A stretch of DNA of 64,000 nucleotides from Clostridiales bacterium. Lineage in GTDB: Bacteria; Bacillota; Clostridia; Christensenellales; UBA1242. Location of the stretch: NCBI GenBank assembly GCA_015055515.1, contig SVIC01000001.1:91327-155326 (forward strand), in the 5' to 3' direction. Below the pieces are notes generated by a model that was given only the letters and a program-made list of their open reading frames with translations, made no database searches and was not told the origin of the DNA. The position numbers and the translations under genes were made by a program. Of the stretch, positions 28,804 through 39,264 are shown piece after piece (positions within the stretch are counted from its first letter, which is position 1; each line of letters begins with the position of its first letter).

Positions 28804-30066
28804 ATGGATTCAATATTTATCAAAGGTGGCAGGAGAATGGAGGGCGTGCTAGATATTAGCAGTGCAAAGAATTCACTACTACCGTTACTGGCAGCTTCTA
28901 TAATGTGTGATGGCTATGTGCAAATAAAGAAATGTACAAGATATACAGATGTGAATATTATGTTGCAGATACTAGATGATCTGGGATGTAAAGTGGAAGC
29001 AAATGATGATGAAGTGCAAATAGATTGCACAAGTATACATAATTATTATATCAAGGAAGAGTATTCAAGGAAGGTACGATCTAGTATATTTATGCTAGGA
29101 TCACTTCTAACAAAATTCAAGAGAGCGAAGGTGGCGTATCCAGGTGGATGCAATATTGGCAGTAGGCCGATTGATTTGCACCTAAAAGGCTTAAGGGCAT
29201 TAAATGTAAAGATAGAAGAAAAACATGGCTATATTTATTGCGATGGCAGTAATATGCGGAGTAGTATTATTCACCTAGATTTTCCATCGGTTGGAGCAAC
29301 CGAGAATGTAATGATGGCTAGTGTGTTATTGAAAGGTACAACAATGATATGCAACTGTGCGTGTGAGCCAGAAATAGAGGATTTGCAAGATTTTCTTAAT
29401 TCTATGGGGGCAAAGGTCGCAGGTGCGGGTACCAGTACTATAATTATAGAGGGAGTGGCTAGTCTACACTCCACATCATATACACCATACCCAGATAGGA
29501 TTATTACTGGTACATATATGATTGCTTGTGCTATGACAAAAGGCAATATTAGACTAAATGGTGTTGTGCCAGAGCATAATTTTGCGCTGATAGGCAAATT
29601 AAAACAAGCTGGTTGTAGGATTAGGATAGGTACTAATTGGTTGGAAATAATGAGTAATAAACAATTGAAAAGTATACCCAAAATAGAGACACAGACATAT
29701 CCTGGTTTTCCTACCGATCTGCAGAACCAAATATTAGTATTGCAGACTATATCTAGGGGAGTAAGTGTAGTTACCGAGAATTTGTTTGAGACAAGGTTTA
29801 AGATAGTGAATGAACTGGTAAAGATGGGTGCGGATGTAACGATACACGACAAGTCGGCTATAGTAAGAGGTGTGCCTCAATTATATGGTGCTACGGTGAC
29901 GGCGTCCGATCTTAGAGGCGGGGCTGGGCTAGTTATTGCAGGATTGGTAGCAAAAGATTATACTACCATCAATGATGTGGAGCATATAGATAGGGGGTAT
30001 AAGGCCATAGAGGAAGATTTATGTAGATTAAATGTTGATATTAAACGAATACATAACAATTTGTAA
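28804..30066 (+). CDS. murA: UDP-N-acetylglucosamine 1-carboxyvinyltransferase
   Basis: Full-length MurA pattern including the active-site PGGCNIGSRPIDLH and DLRGGAGLVIAGL. Confidence 0.9.
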   Translation: MDSIFIKGGRRMEGVLDISSAKNSLLPLLAASIMCDGYVQIKKCTRYTDVNIMLQILDDLGCKVEANDDEVQIDCTSIHNYYIKEEYSRKVRSSIFMLGSLLTKFKRAKVAYPGGCNIGSRPIDLHLKGLRALNVKIEEKHGYIYCDGSNMRSSIIHLDFPSVGATENVMMASVLLKGTTMICNCACEPEIEDLQDFLNSMGAKVAGAGTSTIIIEGVASLHSTSYTPYPDRIITGTYMIACAMTKGNIRLNGVVPEHNFALIGKLKQAGCRIRIGTNWLEIMSNKQLKSIPKIETQTYPGFPTDLQNQILVLQTISRGVSVVTENLFETRFKIVNELVKMGADVTIHDKSAIVRGVPQLYGATVTASDLRGGAGLVIAGLVAKDYTTINDVEHIDRGYKAIEEDLCRLNVDIKRIHNNL

Positions 30067-30133
30067 GTAAAAAAATAAAAGTTGAAATAACGCCATAAAA
30101 TAATTTTAACAATATTTAATTGTATGATATACT

Positions 30134-30172
30134 TGTACCAAGAATAAACCAATATTTGTTGGTACATTTTTT
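30134..30172 (+). terminator. terminator-like hairpin after murA
   Basis: TGTACCAA...TTGGTACA followed by a T6 run. The loop is large (17 nt). Confidence 0.4.
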
Positions 30173-30216
30173 GTCGAAAATGACAAAGTAATAGAAAAAT
30201 AGGTAAAAATATAGGC

Positions 30217-31062
30217 ATGAAATCTAAGAAATTAGCAATTCTAATCTCAATACTTCTAGTGATTGCAGTGGTTGTGGTATTAACCAGCACTATTTTTACT
30301 TTGCAGACAGTTAGTTTTAATTTCTTAAATCAAAGAAATGTCTTAAAAGACTATGAGACGTCCGATTATCTTAAGGATGTAGATGTGCCATTTGGAGATA
30401 GCATATTTCTGGTAAATAAAGAAAAGTTATCTGCAAAATTAGAGAAAGAAAATGCTTATCTAGAAGTGGTGTCGGTAGAGACAACCTTCCCGAATAACAT
30501 CGTTGTGCATGCGGGCGAAAGGGAAGAGGTGTATGCTATTAAAGTGTCTGATAATAACTATGCAATCACTGATAAATCCCTTAAAATATTGCGTTTTTGC
30601 GATGATGCATACCTTGATAGAGATGGGTATTTGAGACCAATTGTCGTAGATATTGGATATGAAGATGTAGATATATCTAGTATGGGATATGAGTTATGTG
30701 ATTTCATACAGATAGATCATGTTACTGATATATTGCAAGGCGTGGTTATGTCATTCTTGCAGTCGGGCTACTCTATCACATCATTAAAGGGATTTGCTAC
30801 AGATATTGTATTAAGAGAAAAAGGCTCATTTGTAGCCGATAACAACGGCGAATACAATTTGTCGTTTGTGAAAACTGTAGAATTGCAAACCAAGTATGGA
30901 ATTAAGTTAAGTATCAATAACGCTTATGTCGATCTGGCTCAAAAGGTTGCTTTGGGGTTAAAGGCGTATGAGGCAGAGCATGATAAGCATAATACAACTG
31001 GTGAAATTATGGTATATTCCAACGAAACAAAACTCGTTGCAATATACAGAAATAACGCATGA
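30217..31062 (+). CDS. ftsQ: FtsQ/DivIB-type cell division protein
   Basis: Bitopic: a short cytoplasmic tail, one TM, then an extracellular domain. It sits directly upstream of ftsA-ftsZ. Confidence 0.6.
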   Translation: MKSKKLAILISILLVIAVVVVLTSTIFTLQTVSFNFLNQRNVLKDYETSDYLKDVDVPFGDSIFLVNKEKLSAKLEKENAYLEVVSVETTFPNNIVVHAGEREEVYAIKVSDNNYAITDKSLKILRFCDDAYLDRDGYLRPIVVDIGYEDVDISSMGYELCDFIQIDHVTDILQGVVMSFLQSGYSITSLKGFATDIVLREKGSFVADNNGEYNLSFVKTVELQTKYGIKLSINNAYVDLAQKVALGLKAYEAEHDKHNTTGEIMVYSNETKLVAIYRNNA

Positions 31063-31109
31063 TTGTGCACTTTGCATACTTGTTGTTTGAGATATGTGCC
31101 AAAAATTCT

Positions 31110-31138
31110 TTGACTATATGTCAAAATTTAGTTATACT
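31110..31138 (+). promoter_or_regulatory. sigma-A-type promoter upstream of ftsA-ftsZ
   Basis: TTGACT, a 17-nt spacer, then TATACT. It is followed by the tandem palindromes AACTAGTT and AAACTAGTTT. Confidence 0.45.
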
Positions 31139-31231
31139 GAAACTAGTTAAACTAGTTTATGTCAGATAAATATGTGGTATATGCTAGTTTGCATATGCCA
31201 TTTTGTATTAATTAGGGAGGATGAAAAGCAA

Positions 31232-32359
31232 TTGTTTGGCAAGGGTGCAGTTGCGGTATTGGACTTGCTTGCTACAAAGGTGCAGGTGGTTGTGGCAGAA
31301 CAGATTGTTAACAATAATATTCGGTTGTTAGCAAAGGGCTCTGCAGACTATGCTGGATATGTTGCAGGCGAATTCTTAGAGCCGGAAAATCTATACAGTG
31401 CAATAAGTGATGCCGTGCTGTCTGTGATAGAGGTGTATGGTAAGAAGATTGATAGCATTGTAGTGGGTGTGCCGTCCGAGTTCTGTAACTATGCGTTGAG
31501 AAACCTCAAGGCTGATTATTCCAACAAAGTTGTTATAAAGCAAAGACATATAGATGAATTATTTCAGTCGGTCAAAGATGATGAGATTGATTGTGACTAT
31601 ACTGTTATATCCAAGTCTCCCATATATTATATACTAGACGATGGTGTACAGACTTTGGATCCAATTAAGGAGTATTCCAAGAACTTGGGTGCAAAGGCTA
31701 GTTGTATATTGGCAAAGAATAGCTTCATAGACACTATCTCTGAGATTATCGAGGGGTGTGGTATTAAGGAATGTAAGTTCGTGCCGGTAGCACTGGCGGT
31801 GAATGGAGTGTTATTGCCAGAAGAGGTAAAGCATTCGGGAGCGATAGTCATAGATTTCGATTATGTTAGCACCTCGGTTACATCTTTTATGGGAGAAGGT
31901 GTTGTAGATCTGAAGACTTTTCCTGTCGGAGAGGGACATGTACTGTCCGATCTGGTAGAAGTGATGAATATTAGTTATTTTATTGCAGAGGCGCTGAAAA
32001 AAGAAATAATCTTGACATTACAGCCCAATCCTATGGATGTGTATGAGATCCGTGATGCAACTAATAATGTGACAAAGATTAGCGCAAATATAGCTAGCGA
32101 AGTGGTGTTGGCAAGGCTTGATAGTATCGCGGATATAATTAATAATATTCTTATTAATTTTCAGTATAGGCACGATATGTCGAAGCCAATATATATCACG
32201 GGCTCGGGGATAATAGATATGAAAGGGGCAAGAAATTATCTGTCTAATAAGTTGAATAGAAGATGTATTGTATTAAGTCCTAGTCAGATAGAATATAACA
32301 AAGCAAGATACGCACATATGATAGCGTTGGTACAATTTGCATTACATAGCAATATATAA
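31232..32359 (+). CDS. ftsA: FtsA-like actin-fold cell division protein
   Basis: Located between ftsQ and ftsZ, with actin-fold phosphate motifs (AVAVLDL..., ITGSGI). The in-frame TTG 31232 lies 11 nt after AGGGAGG; the track ATG 31172 has no RBS. Confidence 0.6.
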   Translation: MFGKGAVAVLDLLATKVQVVVAEQIVNNNIRLLAKGSADYAGYVAGEFLEPENLYSAISDAVLSVIEVYGKKIDSIVVGVPSEFCNYALRNLKADYSNKVVIKQRHIDELFQSVKDDEIDCDYTVISKSPIYYILDDGVQTLDPIKEYSKNLGAKASCILAKNSFIDTISEIIEGCGIKECKFVPVALAVNGVLLPEEVKHSGAIVIDFDYVSTSVTSFMGEGVVDLKTFPVGEGHVLSDLVEVMNISYFIAEALKKEIILTLQPNPMDVYEIRDATNNVTKISANIASEVVLARLDSIADIINNILINFQYRHDMSKPIYITGSGIIDMKGARNYLSNKLNRRCIVLSPSQIEYNKARYAHMIALVQFALHSNI

Positions 32360-32370
32360 GGAGATGAGAT

Positions 32371-33486
32371 ATGGAAAATCAATATGGAGAATTTTTTACA
32401 CCAATATGTAATATAAAGGTAATAGGTGTAGGCGGTGCAGGTAATAATGCTGTAAACCGTATGATAAAGGCGGGCATTAAGAGTGCAGAATTTGTAGCAG
32501 TAAATACAGATAAACAAGCACTATTAATGTCAAAAGCGCAACATAGATTGCAGATAGGTGAGATATTAACAGGTGGTAAAGGTGCTGGATCCGATCCTGA
32601 AATAGGTAAGAAGGCCGCAGAAGAAAATGTGGAGATGTTGACCGAAGTGTTGCAGGGTACAGACTTGGTATTCATTACCGCAGGTATGGGTGGCGGTACT
32701 GGTACTGGTGCTGCTCCTGTTATTGCACAGATTGCAAAAGACTTGGGAATTCTTACTATTGCTGTTGTAACCAAGCCTTTTGGGTTCGAGGGTAGAACTA
32801 GACTGGCAAATGCGGAAAGGGGCTTAAAAGAGCTGAAAAATAATGTAGATACGTTGGTTGTAATTCAGAATGAAAAATTATTGAAGATAGTACCAAAGGG
32901 AACAACTATTGTAGAAGCGTTTAGGACTGCCGACGATGTCTTAAGACAAGGTATACAGGGTATAAGTGATCTTATAGTTACTCCAAGTCTAATTAACCTT
33001 GACTTTGCTGATGTGAAGACTATTATGAAGAATAAGGGCTTGGCTCATATGGGGCTAGGTAGAGGCAAGGGCGAGAATAGAACAATAGAGGCTGTAAGAC
33101 AAGCTGTATCTAGTCCACTACTTGAGACTACAATAGAGGGTGCTACTGGTATTATCCTTAATATTAAGGGTGGCTTGGATTTGACATTAGATGAAGTGTA
33201 TGAGGCTGCAGAGTTAGTAAAAGAGGTTGTAGATCCAAGGTGTAATATTATATTCGGTAGCGGAATTGATGAGAATATGGATGATGAGGTAGAGATTACG
33301 GTCATTGCAACAGGTTTCTCTCCTGTGCCATATGTGGAAGAAGAACGCAAGCCAGCGGTAGAGCAATATGACGAGCCTTCTGAAGATGATGATATCGATG
33401 AAGAGGATATGCAAAGTTCTAGAATAGAGATAGATGATGCAGATATACCTCCTGTAATCAAGCGTATGATGCAGAATAGAAGATAA
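32371..33486 (+). CDS. ftsZ: cell division GTPase FtsZ
   Basis: [17 protein letters not shown] and the tubulin signature [15 protein letters not shown]. It has an acidic linker and a conserved C-terminal peptide. Confidence 0.95.
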   Translation: MENQYGEFFTPICNIKVIGVGGAGNNAVNRMIKAGIKSAEFVAVNTDKQALLMSKAQHRLQIGEILTGGKGAGSDPEIGKKAAEENVEMLTEVLQGTDLVFITAGMGGGTGTGAAPVIAQIAKDLGILTIAVVTKPFGFEGRTRLANAERGLKELKNNVDTLVVIQNEKLLKIVPKGTTIVEAFRTADDVLRQGIQGISDLIVTPSLINLDFADVKTIMKNKGLAHMGLGRGKGENRTIEAVRQAVSSPLLETTIEGATGIILNIKGGLDLTLDEVYEAAELVKEVVDPRCNIIFGSGIDENMDDEVEITVIATGFSPVPYVEEERKPAVEQYDEPSEDDDIDEEDMQSSRIEIDDADIPPVIKRMMQNRR

Positions 33487-33490
33487 CAAA

Positions 33491-33518
33491 ATCCAAGCGA
33501 ATAATGCTTGGATTTTTC
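33491..33518 (+). terminator. rho-independent terminator after ftsZ
   Basis: ATCCAAGC-GAATAAT-GCTTGGAT followed by TTTT. Confidence 0.7.
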
Positions 33519-33606
33519 TATATTTTAATACTTTGCAAAGTATTAAAAACTCGCTATATTAATAGAAAAAACAACTACTGGCATAGTAGTTGCTTTTTTA
33601 TGTTTA

Positions 33607-36600
33607 CTATTCTTCATATATGAATAATAAGTTGTTATCTATTATGAAAATTATGTTCATGCAAGTAATTGCTGGTTCTCCGCCGATTTCGATCATTTCA
33701 TAATGTACGGTGACGCTACCCATATTTTCACCAAATAAAACTCTACATATATTGTTAGAATATTGTTCTATTAGTAATGCTTTGGTGTCAATAACAAATT
33801 CATCAGTTGCACCACCATCGCTACCAAAATTGAATGTTTCTATAACTTCTTCTTGATATGCTGCAAATGTTCCACCATTATCATCTGATAATGTAACATA
33901 TGTACTCATTCCACCCATATCTATCACTAGTATGTTGTTATAATAATTCTGCTCGGTGATTAATACTGGATCTGTGTATGACATTGTTCCATCTATATCT
34001 CTTCCTAGTACATAGTATGTATCAGTGCCATCATTTAATAGTCTAATTTCGCTACCTATCATATCCATTAGCATTAAGTTGTCTGAATTTGTATAAGTAT
34101 TAAGTACTTCCAACTCTCCAGCACTCACAGTAATATCGAATGTTAGAGGATATCCATTGTAAGTAACTTCAATATTCTTTTCGCCTGGTGTGGATGTGTC
34201 TATTGTTGTGCTTGCAAACATTGATGAGATTGTATCATAGTCTAGATATATTTCTGTATCATACAGTCCATCTACTGGCTCATAGTAACCAATATCCCAT
34301 CTAGTATTATGTAGAGATGATTGTATAGCCTCTAATACAGTGCTATGTTCGGCATCTTTGTCTACTATTATCTCATAATAACTCGTATTATTCATATATC
34401 TAATGTTAGTAATACTGCTATCATATATTTCTGCGTGTATTGTATCACTATATGTCTCATAAGCATAGTTAATTGTAACGCTACCTACTTCATTACTATT
34501 AGCATTGCTTAGATCAAACATTGATTCAACCATATCTTCTGTTATTTCTATATAGTCATAAGTATCGCCATTCACTTCCTCATAGTATGAAACTCCCATA
34601 TTTTTACCAACTAGTCTGTCCTTTAGGTATGCTAGTATATCGCTATCTTTTGGTATAAATAGGTTGTCTAGGTTAGGTAGTGATATATATCTAATATTAT
34701 TAATTGCTGGGTCGTATAGTCTGATTGTAAATGATACTGTAGTTGATTCAGATTTGTTGTCTAGATCGTAATATACTTCTATATCAAATTGTCCAGCAGT
34801 GTCAAATGTTTGGTCTTGATTTACTAGCATCTCTTTAGTCAATTTTATTTGTTTTGTTATAGTTGCGCCCTCAAGGCTAGTGCTAGTATAATCAAAATTG
34901 ACATATATCTCTGGTATTGATTCATCTGTTGTTACTTTGTATTCATTGTTGCTTATAGATGCTCCAGAGTATTCTAGATTTGCTTCGTTATAAATCGTGA
35001 TATCGTAAGTAATGTTTCTTATATTCTCATTTTCAAAATATGCTTTTGCTGTATCAATAACATATGTTGCTTTCTTTTCATCCGTTGTATCAATGGCAGT
35101 CTGATCTTCCTCTGATATTAACATGTCTGCTGTGATTGGTTGATATACATATAGGTGATTTTCATTTTCTCTTACACAATATTCTATATAATCGCCATCT
35201 AAATATTCATCTATATTGGATTGTATAGGAGCACATATATCTGAATTGTAATATGTATTGGCGTATTCAAGGGTGTAATTACCATTGGATAATGTCTCTT
35301 TGATACTATCTACTGCAAGTATAGTTATGTTTGTTTCGTATCCCTCGTATTCTGCAGTTATAGTAAATTCATGTTGTCCAGAATTGTAACTATCTATATC
35401 GAAATTATGGCTAAATGTTACATCATCAGTAATTTCAAATCCTCTTCCATCGTTATAATTTGCGATAATGTTTATACCGATATAATTCTCGGTGATAACT
35501 CCATCGTTTACTTCCCATATAGTCTTACTTGTATTAGAATGTATGCCAGTTGTTTGAAGATTGTTAGGATCATATAAGGTGATGTGTTGATATGTTGTTT
35601 GACCTTTGTACTCTATCATTATATCGTAGTCGCCTTGAATGCTAAAGTCTATCTCTGGATATTCATTTTCTTCATCTACTACGATCATATCTTCTGTTAT
35701 TTGTACTCTTTCTGGTTCGCCATTTTCGTAATATACGTATATGTACATTTCAGGTATTGATCCATCATTAGCAATTGCAAACCTTGAATCAATGAATCCT
35801 ATGCTAGTTACTCTATTAGGCATTTCGGCACGCTTAATAATTGGATCTCCCTCGCTCATTATGAATGTATATATTACATACATAGTACCATCGTTATCAT
35901 ATTCATATGATATCTCAATATCTACAATAGTAGGGGCGGATACACCATCTTTACCTTTGATATTGCCTACTGATTCCCACGCTCCATCTACCTTTTTGAA
36001 TATTTCATAATTCTCGGTATTAAGGTACATATCACCATTATTACCTAGATCGTTGCTAGGATTGCCTGCATTTGTGATCCATGCAGAGCCAGAAGATCCT
36101 TTTAATGTATTTAGATCTACAATATCCTTCCACTCTGTATCTGTACCAGTAGTGTATCTCCATTGGATATGGGTACTTGTGGCTTGTATTTCTACTTCTT
36201 TGCCATCAGTTCCTTCTTTGCCGGTTAATTGAGATATAGCAATGATGTCTTTCCACTCTGTATCAGTGCCAGAAGTGTATCTCCACTGAATAGTACCATT
36301 ATTTACTGCCAATTCTACATCTTTACCATCAGTACCATTGGTGCCTTTTATGCAACATAGTTGTGTCCAAGTATCATTTTTTAACACATATAGATTGTAT
36401 GTGTTGCTATCTAGATATAAGTCGCCTTCTTTTGCAACAGTATCTGCATCTGGTGCACCACTATCTACAATCCAAGAAGTGCCGTTTTGGGCTTCTGCTT
36501 TGACCCCAGTGTCTTGGTTTCCAATCCACCAGTTACCGTTATCACCAATTTCTGGTGTTTCACCGTTTTTTCCATCCGCGCCTTTGGCCTTTACTCCAGT

Positions 36601-37389
36601 GTCTTGGGTTCCAATCCACCAGTTGCCATTATCGCCGATTTCTGGAGTATCTCCATCATCACCTACAGTGCCCTTGATACAACATAGTTGTGTCCAAGTA
36701 TCATCTTTTAGCACATATAAGTTGTATGTGTTGCTATCTAGATATAGGTCGCCTTCTTTTGCAACAGTGTCTGCATCTGGTGCACCACTATCTACAATCC
36801 AAGCAGATCCATTTTTTCCTATTGCAAGAACACCTTTGTCCTCAGTTCCAATCCACCAGTTACCATTAGGTCCTACTTCTGGTGTTTGACCATCGGTACC
36901 TTCTGCTTTGACCCCAGTGTCTTGGGTTCCAATCCACCAATTGCCATTCTCGCCAATTTCTGGTGTTTCACCATTGGTACTGGTGCCCTTGATGCAACCT
37001 TGTAGATCCCATGCACCAGATATCTTAATATACAAGTTGTAGTTAGTTAAATCAATGTATATGTCGCCATTTTTGCCCGTAACAGTAGGCTCGCCACTAC
37101 CTGTGTGGATGGTTGCGCCATCAGCACCTACAGGTCCTGTTGCTTTAACCGTAGTTGCAGTTCCGTTAATTACCCAATATCCGTTCTCGTTGATTTCTAT
37201 AGTAGGAGGAGATACGCTTTCTCCTTTTAGTGATTCTAGCCATTCTTCTACAGTTCCGGTAAAACCGTTCTCAACCGCTAGATCATAAGCGCTTTTGCCT
37301 GGTGTGCCCATACCATCACAGCCAGCGATAGTCATAGATCCACATAGTAACATTGCAAAAGCACAGCTTCCGAATATTTTCTTATTCAT
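33607..37389 (-). CDS. 1260-aa repeat-rich surface lipoprotein
   Basis: Lipobox IAGC. There are five copies of the G-x-NGNWWIG-x-x-D-x-GV motif, two near-identical 45-aa modules and two IQWRYT.GTDTEWKDI modules. These are followed by about 7 Ig-like ~110-aa domains with recurring IT.DM/YY.P motifs. Confidence 0.6.
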   Translation of the reverse strand: MNKKIFGSCAFAMLLCGSMTIAGCDGMGTPGKSAYDLAVENGFTGTVEEWLESLKGESVSPPTIEINENGYWVINGTATTVKATGPVGADGATIHTGSGEPTVTGKNGDIYIDLTNYNLYIKISGAWDLQGCIKGTSTNGETPEIGENGNWWIGTQDTGVKAEGTDGQTPEVGPNGNWWIGTEDKGVLAIGKNGSAWIVDSGAPDADTVAKEGDLYLDSNTYNLYVLKDDTWTQLCCIKGTVGDDGDTPEIGDNGNWWIGTQDTGVKAKGADGKNGETPEIGDNGNWWIGNQDTGVKAEAQNGTSWIVDSGAPDADTVAKEGDLYLDSNTYNLYVLKNDTWTQLCCIKGTNGTDGKDVELAVNNGTIQWRYTSGTDTEWKDIIAISQLTGKEGTDGKEVEIQATSTHIQWRYTTGTDTEWKDIVDLNTLKGSSGSAWITNAGNPSNDLGNNGDMYLNTENYEIFKKVDGAWESVGNIKGKDGVSAPTIVDIEISYEYDNDGTMYVIYTFIMSEGDPIIKRAEMPNRVTSIGFIDSRFAIANDGSIPEMYIYVYYENGEPERVQITEDMIVVDEENEYPEIDFSIQGDYDIMIEYKGQTTYQHITLYDPNNLQTTGIHSNTSKTIWEVNDGVITENYIGINIIANYNDGRGFEITDDVTFSHNFDIDSYNSGQHEFTITAEYEGYETNITILAVDSIKETLSNGNYTLEYANTYYNSDICAPIQSNIDEYLDGDYIEYCVRENENHLYVYQPITADMLISEEDQTAIDTTDEKKATYVIDTAKAYFENENIRNITYDITIYNEANLEYSGASISNNEYKVTTDESIPEIYVNFDYTSTSLEGATITKQIKLTKEMLVNQDQTFDTAGQFDIEVYYDLDNKSESTTVSFTIRLYDPAINNIRYISLPNLDNLFIPKDSDILAYLKDRLVGKNMGVSYYEEVNGDTYDYIEITEDMVESMFDLSNANSNEVGSVTINYAYETYSDTIHAEIYDSSITNIRYMNNTSYYEIIVDKDAEHSTVLEAIQSSLHNTRWDIGYYEPVDGLYDTEIYLDYDTISSMFASTTIDTSTPGEKNIEVTYNGYPLTFDITVSAGELEVLNTYTNSDNLMLMDMIGSEIRLLNDGTDTYYVLGRDIDGTMSYTDPVLITEQNYYNNILVIDMGGMSTYVTLSDDNGGTFAAYQEEVIETFNFGSDGGATDEFVIDTKALLIEQYSNNICRVLFGENMGSVTVHYEMIEIGGEPAITCMNIIFIIDNNLLFIYEE
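36341..36803 (-). repeat. two ~136-bp near-identical in-frame direct repeats, 327 nt apart, inside the lipoprotein gene
   Basis: 36341-36476 versus 36668-36803 differ at only about 9 positions. Both encode WIVDSGAPDADTVAKEGDLYLDSNTYNLYVLK(D/N)DTWTQLCCIKGT. Confidence 0.85.
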
Positions 37390-37551
37390 ATTCTACTCCT
37401 TATAATTATTGTTAATAATACAATATATGTTATGTAGGTAGTCAAATAATACTACATATATTGTACATTTCTATGATGAACTTTTGAATAACAAAAGTCA
37501 AGCAAATACCTTTAATGTAACAATTTGTCATTTTTTGTCGAATAATTTAAC

Positions 37552-37589
37552 AAAAAAATTAGCAAATAGTGTGAATTTCTATTCGCTAA
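37552..37589 (-). terminator. terminator after galE
   Basis: On the minus strand: TTAGCGAATAG-loop-CTATTTGCTAA followed by a T7 run. Confidence 0.6.
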
Positions 37590-37600
37590 TTTTTCTATAA

Positions 37601-38611
37601 TTATTTATTTTTATTTAACTCTTTGATTTGGTAATTGTAGGTGGACTCACACATACTATGAAGGTCTTTTTTTGCTTGCCAATGCAGTTCATCATTTGCT
37701 TTTTTAGGGCTGGCATAGTATTCGGCAATATCTCCGTCACGTCTTGGTGCGATCTTGTATTTTACCTTGCCTCCACATACTTTGTTAAATTCATTGACAA
37801 CTTCTAGTACGCTATATCCTGTACCTGTGCCTAGATTGTAGATAGCTAGTCCACAATTCTCCGACAATTTATCTATAGAGGCTACATGACCACATGCTAG
37901 GTCTACTACGTGTATATAATCTCTAACTCCAGTACCATCCTTTGTGTCATAGTCATCGCCATATATAGATAACTCATCTAGAATGCCTACAGATACTCTT
38001 GCAATGTAGGGCATTAGGTTGTTTGGAATACCTCTTGGGTTTTCTCCTATAATACCGCTATCGTGAGCACCTACGGGATTGAAGTATCTTAATATAATAA
38101 TGTTGAATGATGGATCGGATGTGTATAAGTCTTTTAACATTTCTTCTATGAATAGTTTTGTTCTGCCGTATGGGTTTACAGCACCAGTAGGGGAGTCTTC
38201 GCTTAGTGGCATTTCTTGGCAAGTGCCATATACAGTAGCGGATGAACTGAATACTAAGTTCTTTACATTATATTTTTGCATCACTTGCAATAGGTTTATT
38301 GTTCCTGCAATGTTGTTCTCGTAATAATATAGGGGATTTTGAACACTCTCTCCCACAGCCTTCAATCCCGCAAAGTGTATTACAGCATCGATTTTGTTGT
38401 TAGCAAATACATTGTCTATATCTTCTTTTATTCTTATGTCTGTTTCTATAAATTGTATCTGTTTGTCTGTGATTTCTTCTATTCTATCTTTTACATCAAT
38501 AGAACTATTGCATAGGTTGTCAATGACTAAGACATCGTGCCCAGCATTCAATAATTCTACTGCAGTGTGAGAGCCGATATATCCTAGGCCTCCAGTTAGT
38601 AATATATTCAT
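37601..38611 (-). CDS. galE: UDP-glucose 4-epimerase
   Basis: N-terminal GGLGYIGSH Rossmann motif, an SSSATVYG catalytic Ser region and a YGRTK (YxxxK) motif. The length of 336 aa fits. Confidence 0.9.
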   Translation of the reverse strand: MNILLTGGLGYIGSHTAVELLNAGHDVLVIDNLCNSSIDVKDRIEEITDKQIQFIETDIRIKEDIDNVFANNKIDAVIHFAGLKAVGESVQNPLYYYENNIAGTINLLQVMQKYNVKNLVFSSSATVYGTCQEMPLSEDSPTGAVNPYGRTKLFIEEMLKDLYTSDPSFNIIILRYFNPVGAHDSGIIGENPRGIPNNLMPYIARVSVGILDELSIYGDDYDTKDGTGVRDYIHVVDLACGHVASIDKLSENCGLAIYNLGTGTGYSVLEVVNEFNKVCGGKVKYKIAPRRDGDIAEYYASPKKANDELHWQAKKDLHSMCESTYNYQIKELNKNK

Positions 38612-38752
38612 AATTTTCTCCTTTTTTGATTATTTATCATTATATCATTTATTATTTTATAATCAAATTATATTTTGTTGGCTAAATAAATTTTTGGTAT
38701 GTTGTCATATAATTAACAATTATGAAATATTTTGTAAATAGGCGATATTAAG

Positions 38753-38804
38753 TTGTCAAAGCAAAAATTTTATGTTAGACTACACTTGTTGTAAAATCAA
38801 CAAG
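38753..38804 (+). promoter_or_regulatory. marR-degV promoter with inverted-repeat operator
   Basis: TTGTCA (38753), a 17-nt spacer, then TAGACT (38776). A perfect inverted repeat CTTGTTG-TAAAAT-CAACAAG (38785-38804) follows, just before the RBS. Confidence 0.5.
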
Positions 38805-38814
38805 AGGTTTTGGG

Positions 38815-39261
38815 ATGGAAGAAAGATTTGAGACGTTTACGTTGTTAATATCTAAGATAAATAGAAGTATTAAGAAGATAAAATCGGTGGAGATGGCAGA
38901 ATATAATCTGAAAAGTCCACACGTGTCATGTATATACTATTTGTACAAGGCGGGCAGTCTGACAGCGAAACAATTATGTGATATTTGTGATGAGGATAAG
39001 GCGTCGGTATCTAGGTCTATTGAATATCTGGAAAACAACGGATATATTGAATGCAACTCCTTAACACAGAAAAGGTACAAAAGCCCATTGAAATTAACAG
39101 AACAAGGAAAATCTATCGGTGAGGCTGTATGTAGTAAGATAGATAATATATTAAATGAAGCAAGTTCGGGTTTATTGGATGCGGATAGAGGTGTTATGTA
39201 TCGCAGTCTTAAGCTAATATCAGAGAATTTGCAGAAAATAGTAGAGAAATATGAGGATTAG
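38815..39261 (+). CDS. MarR-family transcriptional regulator
   Basis: 148 aa with a winged-HTH pattern (LTAKQLCDICDEDKASVSRSIEYLENNGYI). Confidence 0.75.
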   Translation: MEERFETFTLLISKINRSIKKIKSVEMAEYNLKSPHVSCIYYLYKAGSLTAKQLCDICDEDKASVSRSIEYLENNGYIECNSLTQKRYKSPLKLTEQGKSIGEAVCSKIDNILNEASSGLLDADRGVMYRSLKLISENLQKIVEKYED

Positions 39262-39264
39262 AAT

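Noticed and set aside
30172-30178. Perfect Spo0A-box heptamers TGTCGAA upstream of ftsQ (30172-30178) and upstream of the large lipoprotein gene (37536-37542).
   Set aside because: A 7-mer is expected several times by chance on two strands of 64 kb. Without clustering or conservation this is not evidence of Spo0A control.
36338-36889. A 183-aa + strand ORF with striking internal repeats (PVSW.PIHQLPLSPISGVSP).
   Set aside because: Its repetitiveness is only the mirror image of the repeats in the 1260-aa lipoprotein gene on the minus strand. It has no RBS or promoter.
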